Notes: generated by a model not told the origin, from the letters alone. Shown: positions 20,609 through 30,454, numbered from the whole stretch's first letter. The stretch is DNA of 62,656 nucleotides, filler included, from 5 parts of 5 records of this genome joined end to end with filler, not necessarily neighbours in it, one strand, 5' to 3'. A program made the numbers and translations.

Positions 20609-21832
20609 ATGCGTCGCGTCGTCGTCACCGGGCTCGGGATCGTCTCCAGCATCGGCAACAACGCCGAGGAAGTGACCGCTTCCCTGCGCACCGGCAAATC
20701 CGGTATCGAATTCGCACCAGACTATGCCGATCTTGGTTTCCGCTCCCACGTCCATGGCTCCATCAAGCTGGACCCGTCGGAACATATCGACCGGAAGCTG
20801 ATGCGCTTCATGGGCAACGGCGCGGCCTACAATTACATCGCGGCCCAGCAGGCCATAGAGGATGCGGGCCTGGAGACCGCCGATGTCAGCAACCCGATGA
20901 CCGGCATGGTCATGGGGTCCGGCGGCCCCTCCACCTCCAACATGATGCAGGCCTTCGACACGGCCCGGGAAAAGGGTCCGAAGCGCGTCGGCCCCTACAT
21001 GGTGCCGCGTGTCATGTGCAGCACCAATTCCGCGACCCTGTCGACCGCCTTCAAGATCAAGGGTCTGAGCTATTCCATCTCGTCCGCCTGCTCGACCAGC
21101 TCGCACTGTGTCGGCAATGCCTACGAGCTGATCCAGATGGGCAAACAGGATGTCATGCTGGCCGGCGGCGGTGAAGAGCTGCACTGGACGCTGTCCGTCC
21201 TGTTCGACGCCATGGGCGCGCTCTCCTCGAAATATAACGACACGCCGGACAAGGCATCGCGCGCGTATGACGCCAATCGCGACGGCTTCGTCATCTCCGG
21301 CGGCGGCGGCGTCCTCATCCTCGAGGAACTCGAGCATGCCAAGGCACGCGGCGCCAAGATCTACGGCGAGATTGTCGGCTACGGTGCCACATCCGACGGC
21401 GCCGACATGGTTGCGCCTTCCGGCGAGGGCGGCGTGCGGTGCATGCAGATGGCACTGAAAGACGTCGAGGGTCCGGTTGATTACATCAACGCGCACGGCA
21501 CCAGCACGCCGGTTGGCGACACAATCGAGCTGGAAGGCATTCGCGAGGTCTTCAAGGACCGGAACGCGATCCCGAAGATCAGTTCGACCAAATCCCTTTC
21601 CGGGCATTCACAGGGCGCCACCGGTGTCCATGAGGCCATCTATACGCTTCTGATGATGAAGAACGACTTCATCGCAGCCTCCGCCAACATCGAAACCGTC
21701 GACCCCGAGGTCGAGGACATGCCGATCGTTCGGGAGCGCGTGGACAATGCCGGGCTGCGCGTTGCCATGTCTAACAGTTTCGGATTCGGCGGCACCAATG
21801 CCGTGCTAGCCTTCCAGAAATACGACGCCTGA
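20609..21832 (+). CDS. fabB: Beta-ketoacyl-ACP synthase I
   Basis: [37 protein letters not shown]. Confidence 0.96.
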   Translation: MRRVVVTGLGIVSSIGNNAEEVTASLRTGKSGIEFAPDYADLGFRSHVHGSIKLDPSEHIDRKLMRFMGNGAAYNYIAAQQAIEDAGLETADVSNPMTGMVMGSGGPSTSNMMQAFDTAREKGPKRVGPYMVPRVMCSTNSATLSTAFKIKGLSYSISSACSTSSHCVGNAYELIQMGKQDVMLAGGGEELHWTLSVLFDAMGALSSKYNDTPDKASRAYDANRDGFVISGGGGVLILEELEHAKARGAKIYGEIVGYGATSDGADMVAPSGEGGVRCMQMALKDVEGPVDYINAHGTSTPVGDTIELEGIREVFKDRNAIPKISSTKSLSGHSQGATGVHEAIYTLLMMKNDFIAASANIETVDPEVEDMPIVRERVDNAGLRVAMSNSFGFGGTNAVLAFQKYDA

Positions 21833-21848
21833 TAGCGGAGCGACCGGG

Positions 21849-22700
21849 ATGACCGACCTGATTGACGACACGGCCGATCAGCATGAAGCGGAAGCGACGC
21901 CCTACAAAGGCCTGATGGCTGGCAAGCGCGGTTTGATCATGGGGGTCGCCAACGATCGCTCGATCGCCTGGGGCATTGCCTCCGCCGTCGCCTCGCAAGG
22001 CGCCGAGCTGGCTTTCACATACCAGAACGAGTCCCTGAAAAAGCGGGTTCATCCCCTGGCGGAAAGTGTTGGCTCACCGCTTGCCGTCATGTGCGACGTC
22101 GCGGATGACGACGCCCTGGACCGGGCATTTGATGAAATCGGCACTGCCTGGGGCGGTCTCGATTTCGTGCTGCACGCCATTGCCTATTCGGACAAGGGCG
22201 AGCTGAAGGGGCGCTACGCGGACACGTCGCGGGAAAACTTTCTCAACACGCTCGACATCTCCTGCTTCTCCTTCACGAATATCGCCCGCCGTGCCTGGCC
22301 GCTGATGAAGGATGGCGGCAGCATGCTGACCCTCTCCTATCTCGGCGCCAACCGCACGACGCCGAATTACAATGTCATGGGGGTGGCCAAGGCCGCCCTG
22401 GAAGCAAGCGTCCGGTATCTGGCCGCCGATCTCGGAGAACATGGTGTCCGGGTCAATGCGATCTCCGCCGGCCCGATGAAGACCCTTGCCGGCTCGGCCA
22501 TTGCCGATGCCCGCCATACCTTCCGCTTCGCCGAGAACAACGCGCCGCTCAAACGCAACGCATCGCTCACGGAAGTCGGCCAGGCCGGGCTTTATCTGCT
22601 AAGCGATCTGTCGGCGGGCGTGACGGGGGAAATTCACTATGTCGACGGGGGATTCCACACCGTCGCCATTCCCAAGCCGGAACGGGCCGCGGAAGACTAA
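21849..22700 (+). CDS. fabI: Enoyl-ACP reductase
   Basis: GVANDRSIAWGIA, YNVMGVAKAALE, NAISAGPMKTLA. Confidence 0.96.
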   Translation: MTDLIDDTADQHEAEATPYKGLMAGKRGLIMGVANDRSIAWGIASAVASQGAELAFTYQNESLKKRVHPLAESVGSPLAVMCDVADDDALDRAFDEIGTAWGGLDFVLHAIAYSDKGELKGRYADTSRENFLNTLDISCFSFTNIARRAWPLMKDGGSMLTLSYLGANRTTPNYNVMGVAKAALEASVRYLAADLGEHGVRVNAISAGPMKTLAGSAIADARHTFRFAENNAPLKRNASLTEVGQAGLYLLSDLSAGVTGEIHYVDGGFHTVAIPKPERAAED

Positions 22701-22730
22701 TTAATCCACGAAAGACTGGCTTGAAGAGCC

Positions 22731-23600
22731 TCAGGTACGGCGGCTGCGAAGGTCAACAATGCCTTCGCCGCTTCTCAGATCGTATCCCGGCAGCTTCTTC
22801 TTCAGCAGGTCCACGGCCAGCCCGGAGGATTGCGGCCGCGTGATGCTGAGAATTTTCGGCGATCCGTCACTGGCCTCGAACGGGAAGAGAAGGCGGAGAA
22901 AGTTCCGCTCTTCGCCATGTGCGTAATTACGGTGCACGATCGAGAGGTTCGGCCACTTTGTTTCGCGGCAGACCAGATAATCTTCAATCTGGCACCGCCG
23001 CAGGGCCTCATCGTCCAACTCCGCGAACTTCATCCCGGTCATATCGGCGCCCTTCCAGAAGCCGGTGCCGGTATCCCAGTGCTCGATGAAATAGCCGTCG
23101 GGATTTTCCTCGCCCACGTCGAAGACATGAATGGCGCATTGCGGGGCAATCGCCCTTAGCACCTCCAGCTTGAACCGGCCTTGTATCAGCCGTCCCTCCG
23201 GATCGCGCGCCTTCTCTATATAGAGGGCGCAGCGCTCCATCTGGTCCGGGTCAAGGCCATGCAGGAGCTCATCACGGACATATATCTTCCGGCTGCGGCT
23301 GAGATCGCTCTCCCAGACCTTGTAGCCAATGACCGGATCGGCCTGCGCCGGAACCAGAAGCTTTCCGTCCCCGCCCGCACCGGTCGGCTCCCAGTCTTCG
23401 GGGATGATCTCGTCAAGCCGCTGCAGGGTTTTCATCGACGCTTCGAAGTCGGGACTGTCGATGCCTTTAAGCAACGTGTCGGATATACCCGCCGCGGAAG
23501 CGAGTTTGTATTTCCGTATCCCTGTCTCGACGTAATAGCGGTGGCAACGGTGCCGTAATTCCGCCTCGAGCTTCGATATCGCATGTTTGAATCGGCCCAT
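22731..23600 (-). CDS. Putative regulator: N-terminal Cro/XRE-like HTH plus C-terminal PAS (PAS_5-like) domain
   Basis: KYKLASAAGISDTLLKGIDSPDFEASMKTLQRLDEII resembles an XRE HTH; DMTGMKFAEL...YLVCRETKWP...FLRLLFPF resembles PAS_5; pattern recognition only. Confidence 0.6.
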   Translation of the reverse strand: MGRFKHAISKLEAELRHRCHRYYVETGIRKYKLASAAGISDTLLKGIDSPDFEASMKTLQRLDEIIPEDWEPTGAGGDGKLLVPAQADPVIGYKVWESDLSRSRKIYVRDELLHGLDPDQMERCALYIEKARDPEGRLIQGRFKLEVLRAIAPQCAIHVFDVGEENPDGYFIEHWDTGTGFWKGADMTGMKFAELDDEALRRCQIEDYLVCRETKWPNLSIVHRNYAHGEERNFLRLLFPFEASDGSPKILSITRPQSSGLAVDLLKKKLPGYDLRSGEGIVDLRSRRT

Positions 23601-23613
23601 ACCTAAGACCTTA

Positions 23614-23814
23614 TTCCCATTTCTCTGGGAAATCAATTCCCATTTTTCTGGGAATTTATTACCGGCGCGTCAATTTTTTTAAAGATTTTGCCGGAAATTT
23701 TTCCGTGTATATTCAATATGATACCTTAATATCGTGTACCTTTGTATGCAAATTCAACACGCTAGACGGGTATGCCGAACAATTTACGCTTGCGCTTTCC
23801 CACTTTTCTGGGAA
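23614..23814. promoter_or_regulatory. Three copies of palindrome TTCCCA-N6-TGGGAA
   Basis: Copies at 23614-23631, 23637-23654 and 23797-23814; spacers TTTCTC, TTTTTC, CTTTTC. Confidence 0.85.
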
Positions 23815-23854
23815 TAGTGACGATTATAAGAACCCTACTACTTGGAGACACCTC

Positions 23855-24271
23855 ATGGCAGACAGCTTGAAACCGTCCGGACAGGGTACAGACATACTCG
23901 GATCAGCCCTGAAGACGGTTGAGGACGGGGATCGCGACGCCAGCCGCATGGTGCGCCGCCACTTCCGCCTGGAAAGCCGACGCACGAGCATCTGTCTCCA
24001 TCCGGAAGAATGGTCGATGTTCGACCTCGTCTCGAAAAGGCTTGGCTATAATGTCAAAGCCCTGATCAACGAGATCGACCGGACCCGCGGATCCAGTTCC
24101 GTTCCTTCAGCCATGCGGGTTTTCATGTTGGGATATTGGCGGGATCTCGCCCGGATGAATGCCGGCCGGACCGCTCAGGTCAGCGCAGCCAACAGGGACT
24201 CGTCGGTAATGACCGCATCCACTCCCCAGCCTATGAGGCTCGCAGCCCGCTCCGGATCGTTTACCGTATAA
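23855..24271 (+). CDS. Ribbon-helix-helix protein (RHH_4-like)
   Basis: RHFRLESRRTSICLHPEEWSMF...LINEIDRTR...SAMRVF fits the alphaproteobacterial RHH_4 pattern; GGAG RBS. Confidence 0.78.
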   Translation: MADSLKPSGQGTDILGSALKTVEDGDRDASRMVRRHFRLESRRTSICLHPEEWSMFDLVSKRLGYNVKALINEIDRTRGSSSVPSAMRVFMLGYWRDLARMNAGRTAQVSAANRDSSVMTASTPQPMRLAARSGSFTV

Positions 24272-24906
24272 GTAAGGATCCGGAAGCCCGCCTCATGTAT
24301 GGCCGTAATCAGTGCGGCATCCAGGCGGGCATGGTTCGGATGTACCGAGAAACATCCAAGGTCCCTAGCTGCCTCATGCCAACCCTCTGCCATCGTGTCT
24401 GACAGATAGCCTCGGAGAAAATCCGGGGCTTTTTCTTGTGCGATCCGCAAACAGTCCGGCACGAAGCTGGAGACGATAATCCGCTCCGTCAGGTCCGGGC
24501 ACAAATCGTTCAACATCTGCGAGACCAGCTCGGCTGTCCGCACTTCCCGGCCCTTGGTCGGCTTGATCTCCACATTCATCGACAGGCCAAGAGCCCGGCA
24601 GCAGGAGATGGCTTCCTCGAAGGTCGGCACACGCTCGCCGGCAAAGCCCGGATCGAACCAGGAGCCGGCATCAAGCGCCTTGAGAGCGGACAGGGGTTGC
24701 GCGGCAACCGGTCCGGAGCCGTTATTGGTGCGGCCCAGCTCCTCGTCGTGATGCAGCACCGGCACATCGTCCGCACTCAGCATCACATCGAACTCTACCC
24801 ACGAAAAACCGGCCTCCGCCGCAAGGCGGAAGCCGGTCAATGTGTTTTCAGGAGCCTCTGCGGCAATCCCGCGATGTCCGACAAGGCGGGACAGCCGGAG
24901 GCTCAT
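24175..24906 (-). CDS. Glycerophosphodiester phosphodiesterase (UgpQ-like)
   Basis: VGHRG, PENT, EFDV, HHD, NVEIK, YTVND, ITD. Confidence 0.92.
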   Translation of the reverse strand: MSLRLSRLVGHRGIAAEAPENTLTGFRLAAEAGFSWVEFDVMLSADDVPVLHHDEELGRTNNGSGPVAAQPLSALKALDAGSWFDPGFAGERVPTFEEAISCCRALGLSMNVEIKPTKGREVRTAELVSQMLNDLCPDLTERIIVSSFVPDCLRIAQEKAPDFLRGYLSDTMAEGWHEAARDLGCFSVHPNHARLDAALITAIHEAGFRILTYTVNDPERAASLIGWGVDAVITDESLLAALT

Positions 24907-24919
24907 CGGTCGAAGTCGC

Positions 24920-25534
24920 TTACGCTTCTTCTTCGGTGATCTCGAGGCCGGTCTCCTGATCCACGACTTTCATGGACAGCTTGACCTTGCCGCGATCATC
25001 GAAGCCGATGACCTTGACCTTCACCTCATCGCCATTGTTGACCACATCGGTGGTCTTGCCGACCCGCTCGTTCTTCAGCTCGCTGATGTGAACGAGGCCG
25101 TCCTTGGCGCCGAGGAAGTTCACGAAGGCGCCGAAATCGACGGTCTTCACGACCTTGCCGGTGTAGATCACGCCGACTTCCGGCTCGGCGACGATGTAGC
25201 GGATCCGCTCCAGGGCCGCTTCGGTGGAAGCGGTATCAACCGCTGCGACCTTCACGGTGCCGTCGTCGTCGATGTCGATCTTCGCACCCGTGGTCTCGCA
25301 GATCTCACGGATCATCTTGCCGCCCGGGCCGATGATTTCACGGATCTTGTCGGTCGGGACCGTGATCGTGGTGATGCGCGGCGCGTTGTCCGAGACACCT
25401 TCACGGGAAGATGTCAGGGCCTTGGACATTTCACCCAGGATATGAACCCGGCCGTCTTTCGCCTGGTCCAGAGCGATCTTCATGATCTCCTCGGTGATCG
25501 AGGTGATCTTGATGTCCATCTGCAGCGAGGTGAT
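24920..25534 (-). CDS. pnp: Polyribonucleotide nucleotidyltransferase, C-terminal KH/S1 part (5' end truncated by gap)
   Basis: [17 protein letters not shown] (KH), [14 protein letters not shown] (S1). Confidence 0.96.
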   Translation of the reverse strand: MTSLQMDIKITSITEEIMKIALDQAKDGRVHILGEMSKALTSSREGVSDNAPRITTITVPTDKIREIIGPGGKMIREICETTGAKIDIDDDGTVKVAAVDTASTEAALERIRYIVAEPEVGVIYTGKVVKTVDFGAFVNFLGAKDGLVHISELKNERVGKTTDVVNNGDEVKVKVIGFDDRGKVKLSMKVVDQETGLEITEEEA

Positions 25535-25634
25535 NNNNNNNNNNNNNNNNNNNNNNNNNNNNNNNNNNNNNNNNNNNNTTAATTAATTAANNNNNNNNNN
25601 NNNNNNNNNNNNNNNNNNNNNNNNNNNNNNNNNN
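25535..25634. other. Artificial contig spacer
   Basis: N44-TTAATTAATTAA-N44, giving stop codons in all six frames. Confidence 0.98.
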
Positions 25635-27808
25635 GGCACCTCGCCGACGCCCTTGACCCCGAGCAGGCTGTTCGGAGATGGCGTGGCCGCCCAGGCATGA
25701 TCGATGAACGGTACGTCGTCGGCGCGCGGGAAGGCGTAATCCATGAGCGAGCCGGTCAGCAGTTGGCCGGAGTCCGGGTCATAGACACTGCCTTCCATCA
25801 GAACTTCCCCGATGGCCTGGGCAATGCCGCCGGTTACCTGTCCGAAGGCGAGGGGCTCGTTCACGATCCGCCCGAGATCATCGACACCGATGAAACGGTC
25901 AACGGCGACGCGGCCGGTCTCCGGATCGACCTCTACCTCGACCACATAGGCGCCGTTCGGGAAGGTGGTGTGCTTGCCTTCGAAATCCATTTCCCCGACG
26001 CAGCCGCCGCGCAGGCCCGGCTCCAGCGTCTCCGCCGGAATATCGCCCATGCGGGCCATCAGCTCGGGGAAGGAGATTGCCTTGTCGGTGCCGGCAACCT
26101 TGAAGAACCCGGCCTCGTATTCGATGTCCCGAGCGGCGGTTTCCATGATGTGCCCGGCCAGTTTCTTGCCGTTCTCGACCATCTCGATGGCCGCGCGATG
26201 CACGGTGTTGGCCGCGATCGGCATCAGGCAGGACCCGCCGGTACCGCCGCCGATCTGAAGCTCGGCGCTGTCTCCCTGCTCGACGATCACCTGCGACGGA
26301 TCGATGCCGAGAGTTTCGGCCGCGACCTGCGCCAGCGTGGTCTGATGGCCTTGGCCGGAATCCTGGGTGCCGGTGCGGACCCGGACCTTGCCATCGTCGG
26401 TCAGCTCCACCTTGCTGCGCTCGGCGGTGGAGCCGCCGGTTGCATGGACGTGGATGCCGAAGCCGATACCGCGCTTCTTGCCGGCAGCCTCGCTCGCTGT
26501 GCGGCGCTCCGCGTAGTTCTCATAGTCTGCCTTGGCGAGGGCTTTCTTGAAGATCTCCGGATAGTCACCGCCATCGTAATCTTCGCCCATTGGCGTATGA
26601 AACGGCAGGTCCGACGGCTGCATCAGGTTTTTGGCGCGAATTTCCGCCCGGTCGAAGCCGTGCTTGTCGCAGGCATAGTCGATAAGCCGTTCCAGCGTAC
26701 CCGCGCTCTCGGGCTTTCCGGCGCCGCGATAGGCGTCCGTCGGCGTGGCATTGGTGAACACGGCCTGCACCCGGTATTCGGCTGCCGTGATCTTGTAGCA
26801 ACTGGTGAAGACCCGGACGGCCCCCTTGGTGACGATGGACGGGTTCACCGCATTGAGAAACGCGCCCATATCGGCCAGTGCGTCGATCCGGAAGGCGGTG
26901 ATCATGCCGTCCTTGGTCAGCGCCAGCGTCGCCCGGTCGAGGCGGCCACGGCCCGGCGCGTCGGCGACGAAGCTTTCGGTGCGGTCCGCAATCCATTTAA
27001 CCGGCCGTCCGGTCATGCGAGACGCGAGCAGACAGAGGATTTGTTCCGGGTAGGGCCAGATCTTCACGGCGAAGCTGCCACCCACATCATTGGTGATGAC
27101 CCGCATGTCCGTCTCGTCGACACCGAGCGCCTCCGACATGGCGGCGCGCAGCATGACGACGCCCTGGCTCGGTGTGTGAAGAGTATATTTCCCGGTTTGA
27201 CTGTCGAATGCGCCGACGCAGCCGCGCGGCTCGACCGGCGCGACCACGGCACGGGGATGGTTGACGGTCAGTTCCACCACATGATCGGCCGCGGCAATCG
27301 CCGCATCGACATCGCTGCCATTGCCGATCCGCCAGTCCAGACTGACATTGCGCGGCGCTTCGTCCCAGAGCTGGGGGGCGCCGTCGGAGACGGCATGGGC
27401 AAGATCGGTGACCGGCTCCAGATCCTCATAATCGATATCGACCAGCTCGGCCGCTTCGAGGGCGGCGGATACTGTTTCTGCGACGATGAAGGCAACCGGC
27501 TGACCCGCGTATTTCACAACGTCCCGAGCGAGAGCAGGACGTTCCGGCTCGATCATCGGCTTGCCGTCATGCCCAATCATGGGCATGCGGGACCGCATCG
27601 GGCCAACGCCTTCACGGATCAGATCATCGCCGGTCAGAACGGTCAAAACGCCGGGTACGGCCTTTGCTTCGTCCACGGCAACGGAGAGAAGCCGGGCATG
27701 TGCCATGGCCGAGCGCACCACGATGGCATGCGCGGCACCTTCCGGGAACAAATCGTCCACATAACAGCCGTGGCCGGTAAGCAACCGGTCATCTTCGCGT
27801 CGCAACAT
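25635..27808 (-). CDS. Xanthine dehydrogenase / CoxL-like molybdopterin-binding subunit (3' end truncated)
   Basis: RREDDRLLTGHG, DVGGSF, AYRGAGKPE, GQGHQT, GGIAQAIGE, KGVGE. Confidence 0.92.
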
Positions 27809-27924
27809 GTCTTTTGATCTCGTTAATTCGTGGCTGGACTGTAATTACCTCGCACGCAAATATACACGCGATCCAGTATTTCTTAACCCCTCTATAATAG
27901 GCTTGGCTGTGAACACAGAGAATA

Positions 27925-28710
27925 TTGGCGACTTATCAAATGGATGATTCCGGCAATAATTCAGGGGCACTCGAAGCCCTGCGGGCGGATTTCGATCAGG
28001 TTATGTCCGAGCCGGATGCGGTAAAGCGCTTCCGTAATCTGGTGGAGCTTGTGGAGGATGCGCGGCACCTGCAGTCGAAGGTGGGCAAGACTCTGAAGGA
28101 AGAGCAAAAATCCGAAAGTTTCCTGGAGGCGGAAAAACGGTTCGTCACCAAGCATGAAACGAAGCTCGATGCTCTCGCCTCGGGGTTTTTCAATTGTTAT
28201 GCGAATCCCGGAAAGGCACGCGAGTCGCTGGACCAGCTTTGCACAAAATATGACAGCCAGTATGTGATCGATGTCATCCGCCTCGGTGTCTGGCGTCTCT
28301 CCAAACCGCTCGGTTTCGATTTGCTGGGCATCAAGAGCGAGAATCGCCGTCTGGCTGAGAACACCTTTGAAAAGAGCCTGCTCCCGGCTCTCGAAAAAAT
28401 AATCCCCGATCAAGGGGATTATCTGAAGTTGAAGCGGCTCAATGTCGAAGAGCGCTATGAAAAGATCCAGCACGAGATTGAAATGTGCCGAAAGGCCCTG
28501 GCCGCCGTTGATGTGGTGCTGAAGAAATTTCAGGCACAGCTTGAGATCGACGCCAAATCCATGCCGGAAGAGGATGTCTCAAGGCTTTCGTCGGCAGATG
28601 CCGCCGAGCGATTGAAGGCGCTGCCGGCGAAGATGCGTGAAGCCATCTTCGAAGCACAGAGAGAGGCCCTTGAAGCAGAAGCCAGGGCCAAGCGCAGCAC
28701 TTCTTACTGA
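27925..28710 (+). CDS. Hypothetical helical protein with BID-like domain
   Basis: 261-aa ORF with upstream TATAAT; CYANPGKA and GFDLLGIKSENRRLAE resemble BID-domain motifs (see findings). Confidence 0.6.
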   Translation: MATYQMDDSGNNSGALEALRADFDQVMSEPDAVKRFRNLVELVEDARHLQSKVGKTLKEEQKSESFLEAEKRFVTKHETKLDALASGFFNCYANPGKARESLDQLCTKYDSQYVIDVIRLGVWRLSKPLGFDLLGIKSENRRLAENTFEKSLLPALEKIIPDQGDYLKLKRLNVEERYEKIQHEIEMCRKALAAVDVVLKKFQAQLEIDAKSMPEEDVSRLSSADAAERLKALPAKMREAIFEAQREALEAEARAKRSTSY

Positions 28711-29084
28711 TTCTGCATCCGGCCCTTGGTGAATTCCTCAACCCGTTCGAGAGGGACTTCCACCGGAAGATCCAGCAGCATGAACGACAATGTCTTGCCA
28801 TGCAGGTCCAGATTGAGCGTGCTGTTGACGCCCCCTTCCAGCGCATCGTCGATGACGAAGTTCAGCGCCGGGAGGTTGGGCAGCTCGTAGCGTATGACTG
28901 CGCTTGCGCCCTTATGGCCAAACAGCTTCAGGACCCGCTCTTCGGTGACTTGCTCCAGCAGCAGGTCATAGGCGGTGTCCGCATAGGGAATGACGCTGAT
29001 GTTGGAGCGGTTTCCCTTGTCGCCGCTGCGGCCGTGCGCGATGTCGTGCAGGCGCAGGCGGACTGTGTCGAGAACCACACTCAT
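28704..29084 (-). CDS. AtuA-related small protein
   Basis: LHDIAHGRSGDKGNRSNISVI, RYELPNLPALNFV, LDLHGKTLS; ATGA overlap with the AtuA-family gene. Confidence 0.85.
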   Translation of the reverse strand: MSVVLDTVRLRLHDIAHGRSGDKGNRSNISVIPYADTAYDLLLEQVTEERVLKLFGHKGASAVIRYELPNLPALNFVIDDALEGGVNSTLNLDLHGKTLSFMLLDLPVEVPLERVEEFTKGRMQNQ

Positions 29085-30454
29085 GCTTCTGCTCCGAGAT
29101 ACTGAACGCTGGGAGACAGCTTGTTTCTGTCGACCAGGATCGAGGCTGTGTGGATCTGTGCCGTGATGTTGCGCCGGAAGCCGCCGCCGCCGGCCGGGCC
29201 GGAGCAATAGAGGCTCAGCACCTCGTCGGCGAGATCCTCGGCAACCTCCCGGGAATGGCAGGAGACAGCGGCCCGGACGCGATAATCTCCGTTCGGAGCA
29301 GGTCGTCCCGCGCCGGGATAGGGCGCCGTGCCGCCATCGAACGTACTGGACGTGCCAATGATGTCGAACCGGTACTCGGCATTGCTGCCGCGTTCGCGGG
29401 CCCGTTCGCTCAGAACTTCCCGGGCGAGTTCCGCCCGGGCCAGGGCATTGGGTCCTGCGTAACTGATCTCGGCCTCGCCAAGCCAGCCGCCATCAAAGCT
29501 GATCGTGGTCTTCAGCGTGTCGGGCCGGGCCTTGCCACGCGCGCCGGAGACAGCAACAACGTTTTCGGTCTCTTGCTCGACGGAGACGCCGGTGATGTCG
29601 AGCACCACATCCGCCGTCAGATAGGCGGCGGGATCGTGCATCTCATAGAGGATCTGTTCCTTGACGGTCGCCGGTGTCACGCAGCCGCCGGTATTGTCTG
29701 CCTTGCCGATCCGGATCGCGCCCTCGCGGGAGATGGTGGCGATGGGAAAACCGACATGGGCAAGGTCGGGCACGTCCTTGAAGCCGGGGTCCGCGAAATA
29801 GGCGCCGGTGACCTGGGCGCCGCATTCCAGCAGATGCCCGGCCAGCGTGCCCGCCGCGAGCGCATCCCAGTCCTCTTCCATCCAGCCAAACTCATGGATC
29901 AGCGGGCCAAGCACCAGGGCCGGGTCCGTGGTTCGTCCGACCACCACGATATCTGCGCCGCCAGCCAGCGCCTCGGCAATCGGGCGGGCACCGATATAGG
30001 TGTTGGCGGCGACAATGCCGTCACCGATGGGCAATCCTTCGATGGTCTTGTGTGCGCGGATCTCTTTCTCGTCCATCACCGTCAGCAGATCGTCGCCGGA
30101 AACGACTGCGATACGCGGGGTGCGGCAGCCGATTTCCCTGGCAATTTCCAGAATGCGTCTGGCACCGCCCGCCGGGTTCGCGGCGCCGAAATTGGAGACG
30201 ATGCGAATGTTGTTATCGAGACAGCGCTCCAGAACCGGCCGAACATAGGCTTCGAGAAACGGTGAGTACCCACGCTCCGGATCGCGTTGCTTCTGCTTCT
30301 GGGCCAGTGCCAGGGTGCGTTCCGCAAGTGTCTCGAAGATAAGGTATTTCGGGCCGTCACGGGTGGCGAGTGTATCAACCACGGGACCGCCGGCATCCTT
30401 CCGGTCACCGGCGAAGCCGGCGCCACAGCCGATATGGACGAGATCTTTGGTCAT
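29081..30454 (-). CDS. AtuA-family (DUF1446) protein
   Basis: IGCGAGFAGDR, FETLAERT, AGHLLECGAQVTG, EQILYEMHDPAAYLTADV, GPAGGGG. Confidence 0.9.
   Translation of the reverse strand: MTKDLVHIGCGAGFAGDRKDAGGPVVDTLATRDGPKYLIFETLAERTLALAQKQKQRDPERGYSPFLEAYVRPVLERCLDNNIRIVSNFGAANPAGGARRILEIAREIGCRTPRIAVVSGDDLLTVMDEKEIRAHKTIEGLPIGDGIVAANTYIGARPIAEALAGGADIVVVGRTTDPALVLGPLIHEFGWMEEDWDALAAGTLAGHLLECGAQVTGAYFADPGFKDVPDLAHVGFPIATISREGAIRIGKADNTGGCVTPATVKEQILYEMHDPAAYLTADVVLDITGVSVEQETENVVAVSGARGKARPDTLKTTISFDGGWLGEAEISYAGPNALARAELAREVLSERARERGSNAEYRFDIIGTSSTFDGGTAPYPGAGRPAPNGDYRVRAAVSCHSREVAEDLADEVLSLYCSGPAGGGGFRRNITAQIHTASILVDRNKLSPSVQYLGAEA

Noticed and set aside
23614-23814. CRISPR or IS terminal repeats
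   Set aside because: 18-bp palindromes with irregular spacing inside a promoter region, and no transposase; they fit operators better
25579-25590. TTAATTAATTAA inside N runs (also at the three other gaps) as a biological repeat or CtrA site
   Set aside because: Identical 100-nt spacer at every join; an artificial six-frame stop linker
25635-27808. Aerobic CO dehydrogenase form I (coxL)
   Set aside because: Lacks the AYRCSFR copper-binding motif
25697-27817. Long antisense ORFs (706 aa here; also 361-1494, 2990-4177, 8269-9645, 13654-14934, 47387-48583)
   Set aside because: Shadow frames of well-supported genes in GC-rich DNA, with no recognisable motifs
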